A DNA stretch of 32,000 bases, from sequence record OZ262643.1; one strand, given 5' to 3'. Under the pieces are notes generated by a model, which had not been told where the DNA came from, did no database searches, and worked only from the letters and a program-made list of their open reading frames with translations. Both the position numbers and the translations under genes were made by a program. This document shows, one piece after another, positions 12,025 to 21,155 of this stretch. How positions within the stretch are numbered: position 1 is the first letter of the stretch; every line of letters begins with the position of its first letter.

Positions 12025-12825
12025 TCAGACGCTAATAGCATCTTTCATCTTTTTACAAAAATATGCTACAGACTTTACAGAAGATTGATAATGTGAATTA
12101 GAAGAAAAAATCTTCGTAAAAGCGCTACCAATAACTAAAGCATCAATAGACCAACTTGAGACTAAATTAACCTGAGAAACAGTAGAAATACCAAAACCTA
12201 GCATGACTAATTTGCCTGTTCTAGCTTTAATATAACTAGCAATATTATCAATCTGACTATTTAGATTATCCCGTACACCAGTAACACCCGTACTACTTAC
12301 AAGATATAAACAACCAGGAGCCTTATCCATAATATTATTAATTCTATTTAGAGAACTAGTAGGAGCAACAAATAGAATTAACTCAATCGAGTATTCGCTA
12401 CATAAATAAACTAAGTAATCAGTTTCTTCAATTGGTAAATCGGGAATAATCAAACCCTTAACACCTTGTAATGAAATTTCTTGAATAAATTGCTTAATAC
12501 CCCTAACTAAAATCGGATTATAATAAGTAAATATCACAATAGGCGCATTTAATTTAGATTTAACTTTGTGAAGCAAAGATAAAACTTCATCAATATAGAC
12601 GCCTTGTTCCAGTGCTATTTTAGAAGACTGTTGTATTATAGGACCATCAGCTAGAGCATCCGCATAAGGTATACCTAACTCTATTACATCAGCTCCATTT
12701 TGATCTAAAGCATATAAAACTTCAACAGTAACATCTAGGTTAGGATAACCAGCAGTAACAAATGGTATTAGTGCACATGTTGAATTTTGACGCTTCTGCT
12801 GTAGTATGCAAGATATATGATTCAT
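12025..12825 (-). CDS. trpA: Tryptophan synthase alpha chain
   Basis: 266 aa with an ATG start. ALIPFVTAGYP, ELGIPYADALADGPIIQ and the GFGIS motif are typical of TrpA. Confidence 0.93.
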   Translation of the reverse strand: MNHISCILQQKRQNSTCALIPFVTAGYPNLDVTVEVLYALDQNGADVIELGIPYADALADGPIIQQSSKIALEQGVYIDEVLSLLHKVKSKLNAPIVIFTYYNPILVRGIKQFIQEISLQGVKGLIIPDLPIEETDYLVYLCSEYSIELILFVAPTSSLNRINNIMDKAPGCLYLVSSTGVTGVRDNLNSQIDNIASYIKARTGKLVMLGFGISTVSQVNLVSSWSIDALVIGSAFTKIFSSNSHYQSSVKSVAYFCKKMKDAISV

Positions 12826-12857
12826 ATATTAGTTACGCTAAATGAATAAAATTATAT

Positions 12858-12929
12858 TGGGTTGCCCAGGACTCGAACCTGGAACTAATCGGTTAAAAGC
12901 CGAGTACTCTACCATTGAGTTAGCAACCC
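12858..12929 (-). tRNA. trnK: tRNA-Lys (UUU)
   Basis: The reverse complement is GGGTTGC TA ACTC..., with anticodon loop CTTTTAA, T-arm CCAGG TTCGAGT CCTGG and acceptor GCAACCC-A. There is no intron. Confidence 0.9.
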
Positions 12930-13002
12930 ACATACAAAGAATAAGTAACACACGGCCAAAAGTAACATAATTAAAATAAAAATGCAAACCCAATGGAAAT
13001 AA

Positions 13003-14010
13003 ATGAATTATACAAAAACATACGAGCTAACAATAAAACTTTTTTGCAAGTATTTAACCAACAATCATTTAGTCGCTATTTCGGGTGGACAAGATTCAAT
13101 ATGTCTTTTAAATTTAATAGAAAATTTCTACATTAAATACAAAGAGAAAACAACAAATACAAGTAATATTTCGTATATTTATATAGATCATCAGTGGAGA
13201 ACAGATAGCTATCAACAAGTAATACACTTAATAAATTACATAAAATTAACAAACAAAAAAATATATATATATCAATTACCGTACAATATTCTATCAGAAA
13301 ACTTATGTAGAATTTACAGGTATCATATATTTAATCAACATGCTATAGAATATGAAAATAAGTTCATAGTTACGGGACATAATAAAACAGATAAACTAGA
13401 AACCTTCTTGAAGAACTTTTTTAGAGGCTCAGGAATACAAGGAGTAACTAGTTTAGTTGTAAAATCTGAGATTAACAAACACAGATATCTAATAAGACCA
13501 TTACTGAACTTAAAAAGAGATGAGATCTACTGGAACTGCAAAAAATTCAATCTTCCAATATGGTCTGATACAACTAATCATATATATAACTTTGAAAGGA
13601 ATAGAACAAGATATGAATTAATACCATATCTAAAAAAATACTTTCATAACAATGTAGAGGATAACATCAATGAACTTTTAGAAGCCTGCTATCAGGATAA
13701 TGAATATATTAGACAGAATACAATAAAACTATATTTAAAAAGTAGACATCAACAATTTATAGCCATGAACTATAATAAATTAAAAAAACAGAATTTTTCA
13801 CTACAACTTAAAGTAATACAGCTATTTTGCACACATAATATTAATTTAACTCCAAGATATAATGAAATAATTACTATCTTACTAAAGATCAATAAGAATC
13901 GAATGTATCAAAATTTTCAGGTTAAGCTAGGATATTTATTATTAAATATTAATAATCATTGGATATATATTACAGTAAATATTAAGTCATATATTAAAAA
14001 TTATACGTAA
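13003..14010 (+). CDS. tilS: tRNA(Ile)-lysidine synthase (ycf62)
   Basis: 335 aa. The PP-loop ATPase motif is VAISGGQDSICLL, and TGHNKTDKLETF follows downstream. Size and motifs fit TilS/ycf62. Confidence 0.8.
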   Translation: MNYTKTYELTIKLFCKYLTNNHLVAISGGQDSICLLNLIENFYIKYKEKTTNTSNISYIYIDHQWRTDSYQQVIHLINYIKLTNKKIYIYQLPYNILSENLCRIYRYHIFNQHAIEYENKFIVTGHNKTDKLETFLKNFFRGSGIQGVTSLVVKSEINKHRYLIRPLLNLKRDEIYWNCKKFNLPIWSDTTNHIYNFERNRTRYELIPYLKKYFHNNVEDNINELLEACYQDNEYIRQNTIKLYLKSRHQQFIAMNYNKLKKQNFSLQLKVIQLFCTHNINLTPRYNEIITILLKINKNRMYQNFQVKLGYLLLNINNHWIYITVNIKSYIKNYT

Positions 14011-14099
14011 TTAAATTAATTACATTGTAAAAAGAGTATAATGATAGAATATAGACTTCAACACTCAATACAAAATAACACTGCAGAGGACACAAGGTT

Positions 14100-14204
14100 A
14101 TGATTAACTGGCAAGTTATAGGACAACTAATATCATTAGGCATAATTGTTATCATAGGACCAGCTGTTATTATTTTATTATCTTTAAATAAGAGTAATTT
14201 ATAG
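14100..14204 (+). CDS. psb30: Photosystem II protein Psb30 (Ycf12)
   Basis: Hand-translated 34 aa: [34 protein letters not shown]. It matches the Ycf12 pattern (..IAQL....i...GP.vI.lL......NL). It is not in the ORF track because it is too short. Confidence 0.8.
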   Translation: MINWQVIGQLISLGIIVIIGPAVIILLSLNKSNL

Positions 14205-14247
14205 AGATAATTATTAACTCAAATCTAACAATTAGTATGAACTTCAT

Positions 14248-14285
14248 TAAGTGAAATCTATATTAGAGTATCAAAATTTCACTTA
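14248..14285. terminator. Stem-loop between convergent psb30 and ftrB
   Basis: taagtgaaat (14248-14257) pairs perfectly with atttcactta (14276-14285), giving a 10-bp stem and an 18-nt loop. It lies between two converging 3' ends. Confidence 0.35.
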
Positions 14286-14302
14286 CTTCGAGATATTCAC
14301 TA

Positions 14303-14650
14303 TTAAAGAAAATTTATTAATAACTGCTTATCCAGTATCTGCTGATCACTAGCAAAATCACTATCCTTAGATAAGAATAACATGCAATGGCACTCTCTGC
14401 GTTCTCTCATTGGTACACATGGACAATTCCAATATGTATTAGCAACTTCTTGAACTTTATCATCATAATGACGACAAGGACATAAAGGCGCACCATAAGT
14501 ATCTTTGTGTTTAGCAAGACCTTCTATAACTACTGCAGTTACACTTGTATCGATACAAAAAAATGTCCCAGTTCTCTTGGCATACACCTCTGAAAATTTA
14601 TGCATCGCATCAAAACTATGCGGAATTTCATGATATTTAGGATTGTCCAT
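14303..14650 (-). CDS. ftrB: Ferredoxin-thioredoxin reductase catalytic (beta) subunit
   Basis: The cysteine cluster CPCRHYDD...WNCPCVPMRERRECHCMLF is diagnostic of FtrB. The track start at 14662 is a TTG. The first ATG (MDNPKY) is at 14650. Confidence 0.9.
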   Translation of the reverse strand: MDNPKYHEIPHSFDAMHKFSEVYAKRTGTFFCIDTSVTAVVIEGLAKHKDTYGAPLCPCRHYDDKVQEVANTYWNCPCVPMRERRECHCMLFLSKDSDFASDQQILDKQLLINFL

Positions 14651-14882
14651 CAGGTATTTCAATAATTAATTAGAACAATGAATAAGGTATATAATTACAA
14701 TTTAACATATATCAAAAGATTTCAGTAATAAATCAAAAAAATTTAGTAAATAAATCAATACTAACTCAATTAGTATAATGTTAATATTCTATAAATAAGA
14801 TCCACGAATAGTATACGATATAATATAATATACCCTATATACAATAAACATATTACAAATTTTGAACATATTATAACAATAT

Positions 14883-14993
14883 ATGACAGCATCATATTTA
14901 CCATCTATCTTAGTTCCACTGGTAGGAATAGTGTTTCCTGGAATAACAATGGCTCTACTTTTTTTATATATAGAAGAAGAAAATATAGGATAA
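14883..14993 (+). CDS. psaI: Photosystem I subunit VIII (PsaI)
   Basis: Hand-translated 36 aa: [36 protein letters not shown]. This is the typical PsaI sequence. Confidence 0.85.
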   Translation: MTASYLPSILVPLVGIVFPGITMALLFLYIEEENIG

Positions 14994-15007
14994 CAGATTA
15001 ATAACTA

Positions 15008-15059
15008 AACCATAATATATTACATATTCAAAACGTTAATATGTACAATATATATGGTT
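15008..15059. terminator. Imperfect stem-loop between convergent psaI and psbJ
   Basis: aaccataatatattacatatt (15008-15028) pairs with aatatgtacaatatatatggtt (15038-15059). This gives three helical segments of 6, 7 and 7 bp separated by small bulges. Almost all pairs are A-T, so stability is modest. Confidence 0.25.
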
Positions 15060-15099
15060 ACAGATTATGTTTTACAAACAAAACAGCACTAAGTTCTTG

Positions 15100-15219
15100 C
15101 TAAAGGGAAGAGCCTATACCAGAATAAGAACCATAAATAAAAATACCTAAAACTGTAATTACAGCAATTCCACCAGCAGTAGCAACTAACCACAATGGTA
15201 CTCTACCTGTATTTGACAT
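15100..15219 (-). CDS. psbJ: Photosystem II protein PsbJ
   Basis: Hand-translated 39 aa: [43 protein letters not shown] lies 11 nt upstream. It is the last gene of the psbEFLJ cluster. Confidence 0.9.
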   Translation of the reverse strand: MSNTGRVPLWLVATAGGIAVITVLGIFIYGSYSGIGSSL

Positions 15220-15323
15220 ATTATTCAATTCTCCAATAAATAACTATAAAATTAAGTAAATAGACAATACTAACTAAACATGAGTTAAACTATTCACATT
15301 AGCCTGAAAAAACTACTTAATGT

Positions 15324-15440
15324 CTAGTTAAAAAAATAACTAGAAAATAAAACTGCTAAAACAAAAATTAATAATAAACCCCAAAACAATGATGTTCTGT
15401 TTAATTCAACGGGCTCTTTATTTGGATTAGGACCACTCAT
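15324..15440 (-). CDS. psbL: Photosystem II protein PsbL
   Basis: 38 aa: [38 protein letters not shown]. This is the C-terminal part of track ORF 15324..15536. GGAGG lies 10 nt upstream of this ATG. Confidence 0.93.
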   Translation of the reverse strand: MSGPNPNKEPVELNRTSLFWGLLLIFVLAVLFSSYFFN

Positions 15441-15454
15441 TATACTATAACCTC

Positions 15455-15589
15455 CTATCTTTGAATAAACTGCATAGATGTAATAGCTCCTAGAAAAAAA
15501 ACTGTGGGTATAGCTATACCATGTATTGCTAACCACCGGAATGTAAAAATTGGATACGATATGGGCTGATTTGCATTTCTTTTAGTCAC
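15455..15589 (-). CDS. psbF: Cytochrome b559 beta subunit (PsbF), GTG start
   Basis: Hand-translated 44 codons: (GTG)[43 protein letters not shown], including the heme-ligand His. No in-frame ATG exists between the psbE stop (15604) and the conserved sequence. AGGAG lies 7 nt upstream of the GTG. Confidence 0.9.
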   Translation of the reverse strand: MTKRNANQPISYPIFTFRWLAIHGIAIPTVFFLGAITSMQFIQR

Positions 15590-15596
15590 AATGTTT

Positions 15597-15601
15597 CTCC
15601 T
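15597..15601 (-). promoter_or_regulatory. Shine-Dalgarno-like AGGAG serving the psbF GTG
   Basis: The plus-strand ctcct at 15597-15601 reads AGGAG on the minus strand. It is followed by a 7-nt spacer (aaacatt) and then the GTG at 15589. Confidence 0.55.
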
Positions 15602-15603
15602 AT

Positions 15604-15858
15604 TTAAATACCTTTTGTTAAATCTTCAAGTTCTTGCTTAGCACTAAAACGATCATTAACTAAGGGTACTTGTTGACGATCCTGAGTAAAATATTCATTA
15701 GGTCTTGGCGTACCAAATACATCATATGCTAAACCAGTACTCACGAATAACCATCCAGCAACAAATAAAGCTGGTATTGTTATACTATGTATAACCCAGT
15801 AACGAATACTTGTAATAATATCAGAAAAAGGACGCTCACCAGTTGATCCTCCTGACAT
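15604..15858 (-). CDS. psbE: Cytochrome b559 alpha subunit (PsbE)
   Basis: 84 aa, beginning [32 protein letters not shown] with the heme-ligand His. GAGGAGG lies 8 nt upstream. Confidence 0.96.
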   Translation of the reverse strand: MSGGSTGERPFSDIITSIRYWVIHSITIPALFVAGWLFVSTGLAYDVFGTPRPNEYFTQDRQQVPLVNDRFSAKQELEDLTKGI

Positions 15859-16006
15859 AGAAATTACCTCCTCAATAAAATATATAAAATAAATACTAAA
15901 TCAAAATTAACTTAAAAATATATACTTAAACAATATATATAATAATATTGTAATATATATCAGATTTATTTTATTACATAGTAAATATTCTTCTTAAATA
16001 TAAATA

Positions 16007-16735
16007 TCATGAAAACTGAAATGAACTCAGTAAATTATCAAACAACATATAGGATAAAATAAAGTTTAATACAAATATTATAATTAAACAGGTTACTACG
16101 GATAAAGTAGTCGATATACCTACAGATCTTGATCCACCACTATTGGTAATACCCCAAACACAACTAATTATCGAAGTAAAAAATGCAAAAACAAATGTTT
16201 TCGTTGATGATTTAACTACATCCAAAACTAAGCCATGATAGAAAACTGCATTAAAAAAAATATTTGGATTAATATCATATAGGACAAAACAAATAAAAGA
16301 ACCACTCAAAAAACTAGTTATTAAAGAGATTAAATTTAAAACTGGTAAACCTAACATCATAGAAATAATACGTGGTATAAGTAAATATTTAATTGGATCA
16401 ATTCCTAAAATCAGTAAAGCATCCAATTGCTCTGTAGCCACTATAGTAGCTAATTCAGAAGTAAACGATGAACAAACTTTGCCAACTATAATTATTCCAG
16501 TAAGGACTGGCGATAACTCACGTATAAAAGACACGGCAAATACTGTACCAACTAATTGAACTGCATGCAAATATAAAAATTCTTTAACTATTTGTAAACT
16601 AAATACAAGACTAATAAAAAAAGAAGTAATAATTGTTATAAACAATGATCGAGGAATAACTATATTCATATAGTAAAAAACATCTATGATATCTAACTCT
16701 AGATTTAAACAACCAAAAGAATAAAAAAAAAACAA
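16007..16735 (-). CDS. ycf63: MlaE/TGD1-family ABC transporter permease (ycf63)
   Basis: The core IRELSPVLTGIIIVGKVCSSFTSELATIVATEQLDALLILGIDPIKYLLIPRI aligns with the MlaE signature (RELgPv..a....GR.Gsa.tAE.G.M..tEQ.dal...g.dP...lv.PR). The start is ambiguous: TTG at 16735, first ATG at 16669. Confidence 0.75.
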   Translation of the reverse strand: MFFFYSFGCLNLELDIIDVFYYMNIVIPRSLFITIITSFFISLVFSLQIVKEFLYLHAVQLVGTVFAVSFIRELSPVLTGIIIVGKVCSSFTSELATIVATEQLDALLILGIDPIKYLLIPRIISMMLGLPVLNLISLITSFLSGSFICFVLYDINPNIFFNAVFYHGLVLDVVKSSTKTFVFAFFTSIISCVWGITNSGGSRSVGISTTLSVVTCLIIIFVLNFILSYMLFDNLLSSFQFS

Positions 16736-16906
16736 TTTTCATGGAGACAAAAACTTTTTTATCAAATTGATTCATATTATAATTAAGTTAACTCATTGGA
16801 TAAATCAATATATTCATATTATTTAACTATAGTTCTAATAACATAACTATAAATGCACAATAAAAATTGATTTTTATGACAGAATAAAGTATATTTGATG
16901 ATATGA

Positions 16907-16978
16907 GGGCGGTTAGCTCAGCGGTAGAGCGCCTGCCTTACAAGCAGGTGGTCACTGGTTCAAATCCAGTACCGCCCA
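16907..16978 (+). tRNA. trnV: tRNA-Val (UAC)
   Basis: GGGCGGT TA GCTC AGCGGTA GAGC G CCTGC CTTACAA GCAGG TGGTC ACTGG TTCAAAT CCAGT ACCGCCC A. Confidence 0.92.
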
Positions 16979-17022
16979 CTATAATATTATTAGTCTTTTA
17001 ATTTAAAAAACCACTAAGCATA

Positions 17023-17095
17023 GGGCTTATCGTCTAAGGGATCAGGACAGGGACCTTCTAAGTCTCTAATGTAGGTTCGAATCCTACTAAGCCCA
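17023..17095 (+). tRNA. trnR: tRNA-Arg (UCU)
   Basis: The acceptor is GGGCTTA/TAAGCCC-A, the anticodon arm is GGGAC CTTCTAA GTCTC and the T-arm is GTAGG TTCGAAT CCTAC. Confidence 0.9.
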
Positions 17096-17145
17096 TATGA
17101 TATCAAAACAAAACAAAAAAATATTTGCAAAATATCACTAAGGAC

Positions 17146-18267
17146 TTAAGATAAAATTTCACTAACAATTTGATTAACTCTTGTTCCTGAATCTATAGTA
17201 TCTAATGGATCTTTCCGTAATCTATGTCTCAAACATAATATAATAACTCGCTTAACATCCATTACATCCACTTCATCTTTATTATGATATGCTGCAAGAG
17301 CCTTAGCTGCTCTATTAGTAACAATATCACCTCGTAAACCGTCCACATCTAAAAGGCCACAAATTTGGGAAATTTTAACCTTCAGATCATAGTCGATAAT
17401 AACAGTCGATAATTTTTTTTGTGCTAGAATAATACGATTTTTCAAATCTTGCTGTTGCTCCTGAAATTCTTCTAAACAAGAATAAGGATCTTGGTCGAAT
17501 AGAGTTCTTTGCTCGACAATTTGAACTCTTAAAGAAGGATCTTTTACAGTCCTAATCTCAGCATGCATACCAAAACGATCTAATAATTGTGGCCTCAATT
17601 CACCTTCTTCAGGATTTCCAGAACCAACTAAGACAAACCTAGCCGGATGTCTTACAGAAATTCCTTCACGTTCAACAGTATTCCATCCAGAAGCAGCTGA
17701 ATCTAATAAAATATCAACTAGGTGATCATCTAACAGGTTAACTTCATCAACGTATAGAATGCCTCTATTGGCTTTCGCAAGCAAACCTGGTTCAAAAGTT
17801 TTAATACCTTCATTAAGCGCTTTTTCTATATCAATAGTACCACATAAGCGATCTTCTGTTGCACCTAACGGCAGGTCAACCATAGGTACTTTGATTAATT
17901 CTGTAGATATAGGTGAAGAATTTACAATTTTTTGCTTAATAAAATCTGACATCAGATCATAATCAGAAACATGAGAATTAAACATATCTTCACTCACTAC
18001 TTCGATTTCAGGTAATAAATCAGCAATAGCTCTAATCGTAGTAGATTTACCTGTACCACGATCTCCCATTATCATAACACCGCCTATTTTAGGATCAATA
18101 ACATTCAAAATTAAAGCTAATTTCATCTCTTCTTGACCAACAATAGCAGTAAAAGGAAAAACAGGACGGGTTTTATTCTGTATTATATCCACAATAATTT
18201 TTAAATTAATTTCAATATACAACTTATTTAAAATATGAGTATTAAACAAGTTGACTAACAAACACAA
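17146..18267 (-). CDS. chlI: Magnesium chelatase ATPase subunit I
   Basis: The sequence RPVFPFTAIVGQEEMKLALILNVIDPKIGGVMIMGDRGTGKSTT (Walker A) and the rest are colinear with ChlI. The track start at 18267 is a TTG, and an in-frame GTG lies at 18192. No ATG occurs upstream of the conserved N-terminus, so the true start is uncertain. Confidence 0.93.
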   Translation of the reverse strand: MCLLVNLFNTHILNKLYIEINLKIIVDIIQNKTRPVFPFTAIVGQEEMKLALILNVIDPKIGGVMIMGDRGTGKSTTIRAIADLLPEIEVVSEDMFNSHVSDYDLMSDFIKQKIVNSSPISTELIKVPMVDLPLGATEDRLCGTIDIEKALNEGIKTFEPGLLAKANRGILYVDEVNLLDDHLVDILLDSAASGWNTVEREGISVRHPARFVLVGSGNPEEGELRPQLLDRFGMHAEIRTVKDPSLRVQIVEQRTLFDQDPYSCLEEFQEQQQDLKNRIILAQKKLSTVIIDYDLKVKISQICGLLDVDGLRGDIVTNRAAKALAAYHNKDEVDVMDVKRVIILCLRHRLRKDPLDTIDSGTRVNQIVSEILS

Positions 18268-18388
18268 TAATTATCTTATACATATTTCTATACATTATAT
18301 TAATAAGATAATAAACACTGAATTATATATCAATATAACTCATTATGTTATTCTATAACTCTATAAATCCTAAAGCTTACCTAAAAAG

Positions 18389-18481
18389 TTATTGGTATAA
18401 ATCAGTACCTAATCTTATAGCTAAAATTGCAGACACCAAAGCAAATAATAATGCAATAAAGATTTGACTATCAGTAATCAT
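18389..18481 (-). CDS. psaM: Photosystem I subunit XII (PsaM)
   Basis: Hand-translated 30 aa: [35 protein letters not shown] lies upstream. Confidence 0.85.
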   Translation of the reverse strand: MITDSQIFIALLFALVSAILAIRLGTDLYQ

Positions 18482-18608
18482 ATCTACTCCTATAATTATA
18501 ATTAATACAACCAAAATGTTAATATAAATACTGTATATTTGAGAAATTAAAAGATAAAGTATAATATTAAGTAAAATATAATTTAAATCAATTTAATATT
18601 AAATTAAT

Positions 18609-18923
18609 TTAATATACATTAATAGATTGAATGATATCTTGTTGAACAGTTAAATATCTAATAATATTATCATTTAATCCCATAGACTTTTCTAAGAATC
18701 GTACTAGTTGACCATTCCCATGATAATTCATTTGAACATATATACCATCATAATAATGAAAAATATTATAACTTAAGTGCCTTCTACCTCGATGCTGAAC
18801 AACTATATTATGAGCACCTTTTTCCTTAAGTAAACTTTTATAGTAATTTACTAAAGATAAATTCACAGTATCCGTTACATCAGGCTTTAAAACATAGATC
18901 GTTTCGTAACTATTTAAATACAT
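18609..18923 (-). CDS. rps6: 30S ribosomal protein S6
   Basis: MYLNSYETIYVLKPDVTD... is a typical S6 N-terminus. The track start at 18971 is a TTG that would overlap ycf60. The ATG at 18923 is preferred. Confidence 0.9.
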   Translation of the reverse strand: MYLNSYETIYVLKPDVTDTVNLSLVNYYKSLLKEKGAHNIVVQHRGRRHLSYNIFHYYDGIYVQMNYHGNGQLVRFLEKSMGLNDNIIRYLTVQQDIIQSINVY

Positions 18924-18957
18924 AGTAATAATTAGATTAAAATAATAAATAAGATTT

Positions 18958-19554
18958 CTATGGACTATCAATTTGTATTTTGACAGCCTGAGAAATTACT
19001 GGTATTTTCGCATATTTTCCTTCAACAGATTTAAAAATAGAATAAACAATAGTTGATAAAACAAACCAAAATAAAGTATTACATAAAATTAAACCATATA
19101 AGCTAACTTTAAATTCCATAGGTAATGCCCTAAAAGCAGAACCTAATAAAGAATTAATTAAAAATAATAAAATTGCTTGGAGAACATTGAATCGAATAAA
19201 AGGCCTATTTGGAATAGGACTTTTAGCTCTAACAAATAAATAATATAGTACAAAAAATATAACAAAAGCTAAAGCAGGGTGAGTAACATAAAAAACAACT
19301 AAAGGCATGAAGGTTTTTTTATAAATACTCATCAAATTAAAAGGATAATCAGGTAAGATTTGCTGACCAAAATTTTGGAGACCTTCCAATAGCGGTAAAC
19401 CATATGGCAATATGGAACCTAATCTATCAACTAAAGTTATGCCACGCTTGTCAATATAAAAATCAGGACTAATCACGTATAATTGATAAATAAAAAAAAC
19501 TAATACTAAAACTAATAATAAAGCAATGATCCAATATAAGAAAGAATTAAACAT
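18958..19554 (-). CDS. ycf60: Tic20-family inner-envelope protein (ycf60)
   Basis: 198 aa with an ATG start and about four hydrophobic helices. The DRLGSILPYGLPLLEGL segment resembles the Tic20/ycf60 family. The assignment is from recall, not from a search. Confidence 0.65.
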   Translation of the reverse strand: MFNSFLYWIIALLLVLVLVFFIYQLYVISPDFYIDKRGITLVDRLGSILPYGLPLLEGLQNFGQQILPDYPFNLMSIYKKTFMPLVVFYVTHPALAFVIFFVLYYLFVRAKSPIPNRPFIRFNVLQAILLFLINSLLGSAFRALPMEFKVSLYGLILCNTLFWFVLSTIVYSIFKSVEGKYAKIPVISQAVKIQIDSP

Positions 19555-19715
19555 AATAAAAAAGCAATGAAAGTAATATCAATACATATAAAATAAATTG
19601 AATAAGACAAGGTAAAACATGTATTATTATACTAATAACATTATTATAATTTAACATCTAATAAAACAAAAGCTACTTATACAAAAATTTTAATTTAAAA
19701 ATTAAAAGTAAATAT

Positions 19716-20558
19716 ATGACAAGTATAATATATAAAGACAAATTAAATATATCTAGCCAAGTAGATCCATTGACTATAGGCAATCAGTCATTTGCATCTA
19801 GATTAATGCTAGGAACAGGAAAATATAAAAATTTAAATGAAGCAAGACAAAGCATATTAACTAGTGGAGCATCTATAATTACAGTAGCTATACGCCGTGC
19901 ACAATACGCAAAAAATATCGGTAAGAGCAATTTAATAGATGGATTAAATTGGAAAAAGCTATGGATACTTCCTAATACAGCTGGATGCGAAACAGCAGAA
20001 GAAGCTATTCGCATAGCACAAATAGGATATGAAATAAATAAAAAAATAGGACAAATAGAAAATAAGTTTGTCAAATTAGAGGTTATTTCAGATTCTAAAT
20101 ATTTATTTCCTGATCCTATTGGAACACTGAAAGCTGCAGAATATCTAGTAAATAAAGGATTTCATGTATTACCATATATTTATCCAGATCCAATTTTAGC
20201 TAAACAATTAGAAGAAATAGGATGCAAAACAATAATGCCACTTGGCTCACCAATAGGATCAGGTCAAGGATTACAAAAATTGAATGATATACAAATAATA
20301 ATTGAGAATGCTTTAGTTCCTGTAATTGTTGATGCAGGTATTGGTAAAGCCAATGAAGCTAGTCAAGCTATGGAAATAGGTGCATCTGGAGTATTAATAA
20401 ACACATCTGTAGCAAAATCAAAAAATCCAGTTACTATGGCAAGTGCAATGAAATTAGCTGTAATATCTGGGAGAAAATGTTATTTAGCAGGTATAATGAA
20501 GAAGGGAAACAGAGCAAAGCCAAGTTCTCCTGAAAATGGCTTACTCAAAATTATATAA
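19716..20558 (+). CDS. thiG: Thiazole synthase
   Basis: [47 protein letters not shown] and GVLINTSVA together form the ThiG TIM-barrel signature. Confidence 0.93.
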   Translation: MTSIIYKDKLNISSQVDPLTIGNQSFASRLMLGTGKYKNLNEARQSILTSGASIITVAIRRAQYAKNIGKSNLIDGLNWKKLWILPNTAGCETAEEAIRIAQIGYEINKKIGQIENKFVKLEVISDSKYLFPDPIGTLKAAEYLVNKGFHVLPYIYPDPILAKQLEEIGCKTIMPLGSPIGSGQGLQKLNDIQIIIENALVPVIVDAGIGKANEASQAMEIGASGVLINTSVAKSKNPVTMASAMKLAVISGRKCYLAGIMKKGNRAKPSSPENGLLKII

Positions 20559-20588
20559 CAAATAAAATACTAACAAGAAAAACAAAAC

Positions 20589-21155
20589 ATGATTTTAATT
20601 ATAGATAACTATGATAGTTTTACACAAAATTTATACCAATATATAGGCGAACTAGAACAAGAAATAGTGGTTAAAAGAAATGATGAAATATTAATAGCAG
20701 ATATAGAAGATATTAATCCAAGTCATATTATATTATCACCTGGTCCAGGAGAACCAAGTGAATCAGGAATATGCATAAATATAATCAAACAATATTCTAA
20801 CCATATTCCAATATTAGGTATCTGTTTAGGACATCAAAGCATTGGATATACATATGGAAGTATGATAAAACAACTTAGAACACCTATACATGGTAAGCTT
20901 AGTAATATAGTACACAACAAAAAAGATATTTTCAAAGATTTACCCAACCCACTAGAAGTCAGCAGGTACCATAGCCTAGTGATCGATAGTCAAAATATAC
21001 CTGAAAATTTAGAAATCACAGCATGGACGTCTAGCGGAACGATAATGGGTTGTAGACATAAAATATACACAAAATTAAGAGGCATACAATTTCACCCCGA
21101 AAGTTTATGGACAAAGGAAGGAAAAAAAATTTTAGCAAATTTTTTATTACTTTAA
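20589..21155 (+). CDS. trpG: Anthranilate synthase component II / glutamine amidotransferase
   Basis: 188 aa. MILIIDNYDSFT is present, with the catalytic triad context GICLGHQ and FHPES. Confidence 0.9.
   Translation: MILIIDNYDSFTQNLYQYIGELEQEIVVKRNDEILIADIEDINPSHIILSPGPGEPSESGICINIIKQYSNHIPILGICLGHQSIGYTYGSMIKQLRTPIHGKLSNIVHNKKDIFKDLPNPLEVSRYHSLVIDSQNIPENLEITAWTSSGTIMGCRHKIYTKLRGIQFHPESLWTKEGKKILANFLLL

Noticed and set aside
15441-15536. N-terminal 32 codons of track ORF 15324..15536 (an extended psbL)
   Set aside because: This stretch overlaps psbF in another frame. Canonical 38-aa PsbL starts at the internal ATG at 15440, which has its own GGAGG.
17759-17962. Track ORF 17759..17962(+), antisense to chlI
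   Set aside because: This is a shadow ORF inside a conserved gene.
19784-20074. Track ORF 19784..20074(-), antisense to thiG
   Set aside because: This is a shadow ORF inside a conserved gene.
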